A stretch of DNA of 64,000 bases from the NCBI RefSeq assembly GCF_006345805.1, contig NC_043004.1:80910001-80974000 (forward strand), given 5' to 3'. Each line of letters starts with the position of its first letter. The first letter of the stretch is position 1. This DNA comes from Octopus sinensis (Eukaryota). The translations under genes and the position numbers were made by a program. Below the pieces are notes generated by a model. The model ran no database searches and was not told the DNA's origin. It saw only the letters and a list, made by a program, of their open reading frames with translations. Shown here in pieces: positions 12,627-23,130 of this stretch.

Positions 12627-12687
12627 GATAAAACTCCGAGTTTCGGATGCCAAGGTGGAAATCCACGCCGCCATCTCTTCAGTTATC
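12627..12687 (-). ncRNA. Type I hammerhead ribozyme motif with complete core
   Basis: Reverse complement GATAA-CTGAAGA-GATGGCGGCGTGGATTTCCACCTTGGCATCC-GAAA-CT-CGG-AG-TT-TTATC: stem I GATAA/TTATC, stem II GATG/CATC plus GTGG/CCAC, stem III ACT/AGT, GUU cleavage triplet. Confidence 0.75.
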
Positions 12688-12814
12688 TGGTCATCGGAAA
12701 AAATGCTACGCAAATGACCGTTATACAAAGGGAAATTACTGTGTGATTGACCGTTATTAAGACAAAAGAGTTATTTGAATAACTGTTAAGTGAGGGGAGG
12801 GAATAAAAGTAAAG

Positions 12815-12975
12815 GGGTAAAAAAGGAAGGGGTTGGTGGCGAACTCTGCTGTACTCTTTCACCACAACTTTCTCTCACTCGTTTTGTTCTGCTGTATATC
12901 AAAGGGCCAGCTTTGTCACACTGAATCTCCCCGAGAATTACGTTAAGGGCATACGTGTCTGTGGTCACTGTCACA
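12815..12975 (+). mobile_element. SINE family C, internal fragment
   Basis: CTGCTGTACTCTTTCACCACAACTTTCTCTCACTC...GAATCTCCCCGAGAATTACGTTAAGGG matches 29510-29650. Confidence 0.8.
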
Positions 12976-13049
12976 TCGATATTCTTCCCTCTGCCGTAAG
13001 GCTTCATTTCTACAGCTGAATTTCCAGCTGAATTCAATTCGTCCCCAGT

Positions 13050-13073
13050 CAAAAGGCGCTTGTTGTTACGTCC

Positions 13074-13146
<73 letters not shown>

Positions 13147-13515
13147 GTTATTTTTAATGTATTTTTGTATTTATATTCGTGTAACATCGTCTGTTTTGCC
13201 GTCCTTGTTTTCGTATACATTCGATGCTTTTTTCCAAGGAATCTAATGCTCTTAACTTAGTTTTTCCTTGGGCTGGCCAGATTGGAGCAATCTCAAGATT
13301 AATCAGCCGAAATTGCGAGGATGATCTGGATCTTGACTGAGGATAAAAAGCTTCGAATGACCCGTCCTTGTTTTTTTGGTATCGTTATCTGGATGCTTCG
13401 TTGTTCCTTTTTGTATAACCTAGTTGTCCGGATGCTTTGCGTTCTTGTCCCATTTTGTATTTTATTATATATATATATATGCATACATACATACATACAT
13501 ACATACATACATACA

Positions 13516-13548
<33 letters not shown>

Positions 13549-13970
13549 GTACATACCTACATATATATGTATATATACATGCATATATGGGTGGGGTCAG
13601 GACATCAAATAATCTTAGACAAAATGAGAAACGAGAACATAAAAACAAAAACATAGAAAACGAACTTGTTTTCGAACAACGAAAGAAACAAATAAATAGA
13701 GAAACGAGACAGACAACATAAAGAACATTCCCTTCGTGAGTTGTCCCCTCTTTTATCCACTCCGCGTTTCGAAGGTAGGAAGAAGACGCGACTTCGTTAA
13801 AACAGTCCTTCCCGCAAAACAAATTAAATAAAATTTGTGATTTTTTGCGGAGGGTGAAAATGTTAACAAGAACAGGACAGTGAGAACAAAACAGTAAAAG
13901 CAAACGGTGAGGACTGTTGAGCCAAGACAATCTGAAATGATGAAACGCTAGAAAACGAGATTTGACACAC
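13050..13970. mobile_element. Two non-coding dispersed elements (Penelope-like by inference) joined tail-to-tail across an (ATAC)n tract
   Basis: 13050-13470 is homologous to 4989-5400 (TTGGAGCAATCTCAAGATTAATCAGCCGAAATTGCG); 13585-13970 is the reverse complement of the 39955-41110 family. Confidence 0.7.
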
Positions 13971-13987
13971 ACACACATAGTATATAT

Positions 13988-14218
13988 ATTTCTTTACTAC
14001 CCACAAGGGGCTAAACATAGAGGGGACACACAAGGACAGGCATAGGTATTAAGTCGATTACATCGACCCCAGTGCGTAACTGGTACTTAACTTATCGACC
14101 CGAAAGGATGAAAGGCAAAGTCGACCTCAGCGGAATTTGAACTCACAACGTAACGGCAGACGAAATACCGCTCAGCATTTCGCTCGGCGTGCTAACGATT
14201 CTGCCAGCTCGCCGCCTC
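13988..14218 (-). mobile_element. SINE family B, full copy
   Basis: TTTCTTTACTACCCACAAGGGGCTAAAC...GATTCTGCCAGCTCGCCGCC. Confidence 0.9.
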
Positions 14219-14993
14219 ACACATAGTATATATGTACACATGCATAATAAAAACATGTATGCGCATGTGCGAGTGTCTGTTTGTGTCGGTGTGTGCGTAT
14301 ACACTGCGATTAGCCACATCTCATCTCAAAGGTCTTTCTCTTCCTTTCTGAATGAATCTAGATTGTTTAAAAATGAAAAAGAAATGCTTTTCCTGTTTTT
14401 TGTTTCAATTTATTTCTGAACATGTTGCTTGTTTTCTTCTTCCCGAAGCCACCCACCCACCCAACTCATAAACAAATCGGCCATCATGATTCGGTATTGT
14501 TATTGTTATTGTGATTAGTACGGTTATTACGTGCAATGCTTGTTATAGTCGTCATTAAAATTATAATTATTGCAATTAAGGCGTTTCGTTTCTATTGTTT
14601 CCCACGTTCCTCCACATCTCCGGTCTTTCTTATACAATCTGGTGTCCAGCTTCATTGCATATTGTTCAACCTTAATTTACAATTTCATTTCATTTCATTT
14701 CTGGAATAACGTTGCATAAATTCAGTCTTTTTATAAATAGCAAAAGAGAAAGACAGCATAAAAATTACTTTTACGATGGTTTTGTAATGATAAATGATTA
14801 ATTAAATGTGTCTGGATAAAACAAAAATGGAGTTGTAGGTTCGAATCCGCTGAACGTTTGTTGAAACCAATATAATCTAATTTAACTGAGTGTACTTATG
14901 TATACACATATACATAAGCATACAAGCATGCACACACACACACAACACACACACACACACACACACATACACACACATATATATATATATATA

Positions 14994-15283
<290 letters not shown>

Positions 15284-15412
15284 CGAGAAGTTGAGGTTAT
15301 TAGAGATAATGGTGTCAGGTAATGCAGAATAAGTGCTATAGACAGACAATAGTTAAGTTCCAGATTCAGTAATTTTGCGAATACATTCAACGTTGGTTCT
15401 ATGTCAGCGTGT

Positions 15413-15578
15413 GTATTTAAGAATTTTTTGCGTAATGAGATAAAAAAACCAAGGCTGTGTAGATATTAGAACAATTATAGATAGGGACCGTCGGACTCTT
15501 AAGCGAATTGTTAGAAAGGATCACAAAAGTACAGCTCTATAAATGTCCTAATATCTCATTACGTAAAAAATCTGATAC
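15413..15578. mobile_element. Small foldback element enclosing a 57-bp Tc1 transposase fragment
   Basis: Arms TTTTTTGCGTAATGAGATA..AGATATTAGAACAATTATAG / CTATAAATGTCCTAATATCTCATTACGTAAAAAA; the core is an inverted homolog of 16446-16502. Confidence 0.65.
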
Positions 15579-15608
15579 ATATATATATATATATGTATAA
15601 TATATGTA

Positions 15609-16700
15609 CAGGGGTTGGACAAAATAATGGAAACACCTTAAAATTTCAAACAGATTTATTTTAATATGGGGTTGGACCTCCTTTGGCAGTAATTACAGTT
15701 TGAATTCTACGAGGTATGGACTCGTACAAAGTTTGAATTGTTTCCAAAGGAATATTTGCCCAGTCTTCAGCTAAAACAGTCTCCAGTTTTTGTAGTGATG
15801 ATGGTGGAGGATATTAACTCCTTACTTGTTTTTTTCTAAAATGCACCATGAATATTCAATAATATTGAGATCTAGGGACTGTGGTGGACAGATAAGATGT
15901 TCAACTTTACTAGAATGTTCCTCATGCCATTCAGTAACAACTTTAGCTGTGTGAATTGGTGCATTATCATCCTGAAAGATTGCGTTTCCCCCCGGAAACA
16001 ATTCCGCAACCATAGGATGCAGATAAAGTGCTTAAATAGTCTTGACTAGTAATTCTACCACGAAGGGAAACCATTGGGCCGGCGGATTTCCAACATATAG
16101 CCCCCTCCCCCAGATCATCACAGATCTTCCTCTTTGTTTAACAGTTGGAAGAAGGCAGTCTGGGTCAAATGCTTCTTTTGGCTGTCTCCACACGTATACT
16201 CGGCTGCTGGTCGGAAATAAGATAAAGGATGACTCATCCGAGAAAATAACATTCTACCAATGCTCTAGGGTTCAATTCTGTAGATTTTTACTCCACTCAA
16301 AACGCTTTGCAACGTTTGTTTTTGAAAGTAGTGGTTTTCTGATTGCAGCGCTCCCGTGAAATCCGGCTTTGTACAGCTTCCGGCGAACAGCTTTTGTGTA
16401 AAATGAGTTCTCAATGTGGTCATTAAGCTCTGCTGTAATTTTGGTAGTTGTACTTTTGTGATCCTTTCTAACAATTCACATAAGAATCCAACGGTCCCTA
16501 TCTGAAAGTTTTGGTTTTCTTCTGGAGTTTTGTTTCAATGAGGTTTTTCCCTCTTTCTCAAAGGCTGTCAATACTTTCGAGACAGTACTTCTTGATACAC
16601 CAAACATTTCGGCTGTTTTTGTTATGCTAGCGCCTGCCATACGAGCACCAACAATTTGATCTCTTTGAAAGTCCGATAGATCTGTCAGTTTAATGAATTT
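15609..16700 (-). mobile_element. Decayed Tc1 (DD34E-type) transposon, 5' end lost
   Basis: LSDFQRDQIVGARMAGASITKTAEMFGVSRSTVSKV, VIFSDESSF, FQDDNAPIHTA, PPQSLDLNIIE across frameshifts; TIR CAGGGGTTGGACAAAATAATGGAAACACC next to TA at 15609. Confidence 0.92.
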
Positions 16701-17133
16701 GAATTCATGAACGACGGATTTTGATAGGTTGAGGCTTTCTGCTAATTCTCGAGTTGTGCAATGTGGGTTATTCTCAATTAACGACTTGATTTGGTCATCA
16801 TCTGTGGTGGATGGTCTGCCTGATGGCTCTTTATCAATAAGGCTACAATCTCCAGCTCGGAACCTTTTTCTTGGTTGCTTGTGAGGCATTTTTCCCTTTA
16901 TGGAAAAAGAAAAACATCAAGGGCCGAAAATTAACTTTCTTATCTTCCATTTTAAAGGGTTACAGAATTAACACAGGTTATAGGAACATAAACCTTCTTC
17001 CACGAAAAGATAGCTTAAACTGTGCTCTAAATGGAAGTGTAGTCAAATCCTATTTTATGAACTCAAACATGTTCTAAAATAAGTCGAAAGATATGCTACT
17101 ATAAATCGGCACGAACTTTCCGGACAACCCAAT
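16700..17133 (-). mobile_element. Mariner transposon 5' fragment (TIR plus N-terminal HTH region)
   Basis: Reverse-complement TIR TATTGGGTTGTCCGGAAAGTTCGTGCCGATT; MEDKKVNFR..., RFRAGDCSLIDKEPSGRPSTTDDDQIKSLIENNPHCTTRELAESL. Confidence 0.88.
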
Positions 17134-17233
17134 ATATATATATATATATATACATTCAAAATGTGAGCGCGTGTGTACCGTTGGCGATTTTTTTACCTCC
17201 GTCTTCCTTTCTCTGGATTTTTCCTTTTCCAAT

Positions 17234-17268
17234 GTTTCTGACGAAGAGCTCCGCTCGAAACGTAGAAT
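17234..17268 (+). ncRNA. Minimal type I hammerhead motif in a short dispersed element (about 17170-17390)
   Basis: GTTT-CTGACGA-A-GAGC-TCC-GCTC-GAAAC-GTA-GAAT: full core, 4-bp stem II, ACGT palindromic stem III, weak stem I with two G.U pairs. Confidence 0.7.
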
Positions 17269-17437
17269 CCTCCTTCTTCCCTTCCCTCCTGAGCGTCCAA
17301 CAATACTATATTTGTTCCACGTTCTCGCGTTGTTGTGTTTTCTCTTGGTGTTTTCATTGTTTGGATTATTTTATATATTTCAGCATGGCCACAGCTCATG
17401 AGCTGAAACTGGAAAAATCAAAAATCAAATCAAAATC

Positions 17438-17515
<78 letters not shown>

Positions 17516-17539
17516 CGTTATATATATACGTATATATAT

Positions 17540-17610
<71 letters not shown>

Positions 17611-17645
17611 ATATATATATATATATATAAATATATATATATAGC

Positions 17646-17683
<38 letters not shown>

Positions 17684-18089
17684 ATATATATGCATATATG
17701 GAGAGACAGGAGAAAGAGTGATAGATAGATAGGGGTGAGAGAAAGAAAGAGATCTGAGAGTAGTCGCGCATGCGTATGTTTGCACATGTAAATATGTGTA
17801 CATTTCTATCGATGTATGTCGATGATGCATACAAATATCAGCGAGAAACCAACAAAACCAAAAAAAAAATGTGTTTTTAGAACAAAGGAGTTTTTATGAC
17901 ATTTTTATTTTTCTGCACCAAAATACAGACACTCCCATGCCACTCTCATCGAAAGGAAGGCGGTGAACCGATCATTTGGTTCTTTGGAAACCGATAATCA
18001 GAAGCGCTAGTCTTCAGTAACAGCGACATTAAATAAAATTAATAAATATTGATTCAAAAAAAAAAAGAGAAAAAGAAAATTATCACAAA

Positions 18090-18710
18090 CACGAACAGGT
18101 CATTCTATTTTTAGAAAAACTTAACTAGTTACCACGGTTACTTGGTCATTCTATATTTAGAAGGAGTGATTGGTATCTAATGTTACTGGGTCGTGCTATT
18201 AATAAGGTTGCCAGATAAATTCATTCTTTATTCCCATTTATTTTAATCCTTTCCCTTCTCATTAGAATCAACACGAAATATATTCCTTATCGTAGCATTT
18301 TAAGGCTTCGCTTTTCTTTAGTTCTGCACTTCCTCTCCCACCGTTGTTCATCTTTTTTTTTTTTTTTTTGAAATTTGAATAAATTCTAAAATTGTCGATG
18401 AAAAATAAGGATTAAAATTGATTTTAAGAAAAATTGAGAACGAATTTATTTGAGAAATCAATGGAAAAACGAACTGGTCAGCAGGGTTACTAGGTCATAG
18501 CTATTTTTAGAAAAACTCAATGGTTGCCATGGTAACTAGACCTAGCTGTTTTTAGAAAAATTAAATGGTTACCAAGGTGTAACTAGGCCGTGCTATTTAT
18601 AGAAAAACTTATTACTAAGGTTAAATAAAGCGCTTAATTAACTTTACTCGGTCAAGCTATGTTTTTAAAGAATTAGCTAGTTGCCAAAGTTGTAGGCCAT
18701 ACTATTAAGG
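18090..18710 (+). repeat. Degenerate tandem repeat, about 45-50-bp unit, in two blocks
   Basis: Recurrent GGTTACTAGGTCAT.GCTATTTTTAGAAAAACT..ATGGTTACCA at about 18095-18200 and 18475-18710, plus one orphan unit at about 19225. Confidence 0.7.
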
Positions 18711-19366
18711 GAAAAGGATATTTTCTCTTTCCAATGTCTTCAATTTTCCAGTGCCTTCAATTTTCAGTTATCTCCAATTACCAGTGGCTTACCAACGACC
18801 TCGATTTTTGTTCCACTTCCAATATCTTCAACTTTTGTTCCGACTGATTTCATATTTGATGTGTTCATGAAGTTTTGTATGGTAATCATTGACATGAAGT
18901 TCATTTTCGTCGTAAATCAATACATAAATAGTTAAAAGCCTTCAAAGTTTACACATTTACAATTTTACAAAGTTTACAATTACGCCAATATTTCATTTGT
19001 TTACAGTCAGCAACAAAATGACAGTTTCCAAATCCTGTTTTCTGACTGGGTAAAAATGATCAAATTTTAAACCTCTGTAACATTTTAAAATAATTTTTCT
19101 GGGTAAAGTGAATTATCTCCTGAGATTCAGCGTGGAAAATAACATCAATACACCAACTTTTAAACATTTTCACTGAACTTTAAAATTTCCACGGATGCAG
19201 CCAAACAGATCCAAAGAAAAACAAATGGTTACTAAGGTCATGCTATTTGTGAGTGGATTTGGTAGACGGAAACCGAAAGAAGCCCGTCGTATATATATAA
19301 TTCATACATAATTTGGAGTGGCTGTGTGGTAAGAGCTCGCTTCCAACGACATGGTTTCTGAGTCAG

Positions 19367-19466
19367 NNNNNNNNNNNNNNNNNNNNNNNNNNNNNNNNNN
19401 NNNNNNNNNNNNNNNNNNNNNNNNNNNNNNNNNNNNNNNNNNNNNNNNNNNNNNNNNNNNNNNNNN
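19367..19466. other. Assembly gap (100 N)
   Basis: Run of N; a SINE-A head is truncated at the gap. Confidence 1.
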
Positions 19467-19541
19467 ACGTGTTTACATGTATGTGTATGTGTATGTATAT
19501 GAATATGTATGTACACACACACACACACACATATATATATA

Positions 19542-19580
<39 letters not shown>

Positions 19581-19692
19581 AGCTGCTTAGGGGAAGGCCA
19601 CACTGCTGCTAAAACTATGACTCACACACACACAAGCATACACACGCATACATACACACAAAAGTATACACGCACATACACACTCGCGCACA

Positions 19693-19732
<40 letters not shown>

Positions 19733-19866
19733 AACAAGGACACGAACGCATGCGCACATAAGGTTACCTATCTTAGAAGAACAGTAATAAAGGAGTGAAG
19801 AAAAAATATATAGTGCGTGTGTTTATTTGTCAAAAAAATGACCGTCCCGAAATATAACAATACATG

Positions 19867-19906
<40 letters not shown>

Positions 19907-20018
19907 AGAGAGAGAGAGAGAGAGAGAGAAGAGAAAGAGTGGGACAGATAGACAGATGAATAGATATAGATACACACATACACACACGCAAGCAAACACG
20001 CACACACACACACATATA

Positions 20019-20097
<79 letters not shown>

Positions 20098-21090
20098 TAT
20101 TATATATATATATAGTGTAAACAGAGTTAGCGGTTATAGTAACCGATTAGGGATAAAAATATCCGTATATACTATCGGTATCCGTTACCTGTATTATCCC
20201 CGGGCATTGGTGTACAGGTACACCATACACATAGAGTGCAGGTAACAACAGGACAAACAAGAGTTTATCAGGAACCTATGCAAATAATTAGAAAATGAAG
20301 AAAACCTCAGATTAACAAACACATCGGTTGGACCACATTTATAGCTTATTTTTTAATACAAAGCAAGACATAACAAAATAGGTGACGTAACATATCTTAC
20401 GGCCGTTACTGATCCGATTGCCAAAATGCAGTCTATAAATAAATGCGAGAATACAATTCTTCATCTATATATAGTGTTAGTGTTCAGTTATGGTAAAGAT
20501 ATTTTTACATTAATCTGATGGTTTAATCTATAATCTTCCAAAGAACAAATTTTTTTATTTTTATACAAGAATATTACTGACGGTGAGTTCTAAGTTCCGG
20601 ACAGTTAAGCCATCTTAGGACTGTCAACGATGGCTTAACAGGCCAAAACTTCAAAGTCACCTTCAGTAATATTCCTTTCAAAATCACACGCGCACACACA
20701 CACACACACACACAACACACACACACAGACATATACACACATATATGCATAGAGAGAGAGGGGGTGAGAGGAGAGAGAGTGTAAGGAGTTTTCTTGAACT
20801 GGCGTTATGTAATAGGTATGTTCTATAGATGCTCAGCTTGGTTTGCTACTAAAATTCCGGCTTCAACCGCAACTGAAAAATATGGTGGAAAAATGCATCG
20901 AGGGTGGCTAGAAATGGTTTGTCATTGAGCGGAAGGAAACAGATTGAAACCAAAAAATAATGAAAGAATAAACATTTAATTTAGATATTTTGATATAAAT
21001 TTTTATCTAAATTTAATGTTTTTCAAGTAAAGCAAAATGCGTTGCCTTTTCATTTTTTTATCAATACACCCGCATACACACACACACACA

Positions 21091-21127
<37 letters not shown>

Positions 21128-21169
21128 ACACACACATACACGCACACACACATATATATAATTATATAT

Positions 21170-22292
21170 ACACAAGTAAATAGACATCCCATAATACATC
21201 GTTTTATGCTTAAGTATATATTTTTTATTAATCGACATTTTTATGTTTCAGGTTCTGTATGTGACTGCTTAATCATGCCATGTACAAAAGAAGCTTTGGA
21301 ACTGTCTGAATTTCAAAGAGGCTATGCTGTGGGTCATTCTGAAGGTGGCCATAGTCAGCGTAAAATTGCAGAAAACCTTGGGATCCCGCTTTCTACAGTT
21401 AATAGAGTGGTTGTGCAATGCACCAGCGAGGGGAAGGAGTCCACATCACCTCGTCCAGGTCAACCAGGGCCCTCTGACAGAACCCTTCTCTTTACTGAGA
21501 GAAGTGTGGAAGATAATCCTCGTTGCAAGGTATCTGGCATAGCAGAACAAGTTGATGTCAGTCCCAGAACAGCTGTCGAGTATCTCCACAAACTTCGACC
21601 AGCCAACATCAAGCAGAGAAAAGATTGGGCCGGTAAGATGGTGGAGAGGCCACTAGCATTTTGGGACACTCATATTCTCTAATGAGTCCAGATTTGCTGT
21701 ATTTCCTGACAGTGGTCGAGTGTGGGTCTGGAGACTTTGTGATCAAGAATTTGATGGAAAAAGATTGCAGCCAACAAGAAACACGGCAGCTATTCTGTGA
21801 TGGTCTGGGAAGCAATTTGGAGCAAAGGTTGATCAGAGCTGGTTGAGTGTGAGATGAATATGTGTCCATATTGCAGAAAGGACTTCTTCCAATCTTCTCC
21901 GGTGGTGAAATGATTAAAAAAGATTATTTATTTATGGAAAATGGGGCTCCGTGTCACACAGCTAAAATGATCCATTTGTTGGATGAGAATGGCATCAAAC
22001 ATCTTCCATGGCCAAGCCAATCACCAGATATGAACCCTCTTGGACACCTCTGGGACATAATGGACAGGCACTTCATAATAATGATAAGAAAGCATCTTCA
22101 AAGCCAGATCTTTTGAGATTACTGCATGAAACTTGGCAAGAAATTTCGCAAGAGAATATTCGTCATCTGATTAGTAACATGTCTAAATATTTACATTATA
22201 ACAATTAATAAATAATTCGAATGTATAATTTCAGATTTAAATAAGTTTTAATGATTACCAGGCTACCTGTTTACTTGACATGTCTGTGTATA
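21170..22292 (+). mobile_element. Decayed Tc1-family transposon
   Basis: [12 protein letters not shown]...[66 protein letters not shown]; partial TIR similarity (TACAC..AAGTAAA) at both ends. Confidence 0.9.
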
Positions 22293-22296
22293 TATA

Positions 22297-22508
22297 CAGT
22301 AATCCCTGGATATATCGCGGTTCACCTATCGCGGTTTTTATTTAAGCTTATGTCGATTCCTCTGTGGTGTTGTTTTCATTTATAATAAAATAAATAGATA
22401 TAAATTATAAAATTAAAAAGATATACAGTACAGAACTGTTTCTATTTCGCGGATTTTCACCTATTGCGGAGTGTTTTGGGACGTAACAATCGCGATAGTC
22501 GAGGGATA
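22297..22508. mobile_element. Tigger/pogo-like MITE
   Basis: TA-CAGTAATCCCTGGATATATCGCG ... CGCGATAGTCGAGGGAT ends and internal TCGCGG repeats. Confidence 0.6.
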
Positions 22509-22914
22509 TATATAGACAGAAAAAATGCCAAGAAGACAGGTAGGTTCCTCTCCAATTTTTTGTAAATTCTTAAATATATCTCCTTCTATGTGTATATATA
22601 TATATATACTACCAAACAAACATGATTTTTATTGAACTCCTAATACTTTTTGTTGAATTCTTTCTTAAATACTTTCTTGTAAACTGTTTTTAACATTTTC
22701 TTATTATTATCAAATAATGTATAACTGTATTTTAATGCTTTTGTGACAACCAGTACTTAACACAACAAAGCTTATACAAAGCTTTACATTTTAGTTTTGG
22801 CAATCTTTTTCTAAAAAAGTGAAACCGGTCAAGTGAATAAACATCTTTAAAATTGCATTTTCAAACCTTCTTTCATATATATTTCCACTCGTACGGTATC
22901 TTACACACACACAC

Positions 22915-22917
22915 ACA

Positions 22918-22992
<75 letters not shown>

Positions 22993-23130
22993 CTCCAGTC
23001 CCGGGCTTCATTTCAGTTTCCATCAATGAAATTTTACTCCCGAGCCTATGATTACCCAGGTGAAATCGAGCCTGAAACCACTTGTTTGTAAAGTAAACTA
23101 AATTTCTTAACCACACAGCCATCCTTTGCA
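22915..23130 (-). mobile_element. Decayed SINE family A, 5' half
   Basis: CGGGCTTCATTTCAGTTTCC...TTCTTAACCACACAGCCATCC. Confidence 0.7.

Noticed and set aside
20590-20650. TTAAGCCATC/GATGGCTTAA hairpin with hammerhead-like words on the minus strand
   Set aside because: Core would need several changes (CTAAGA, GGAA); too degenerate to call.
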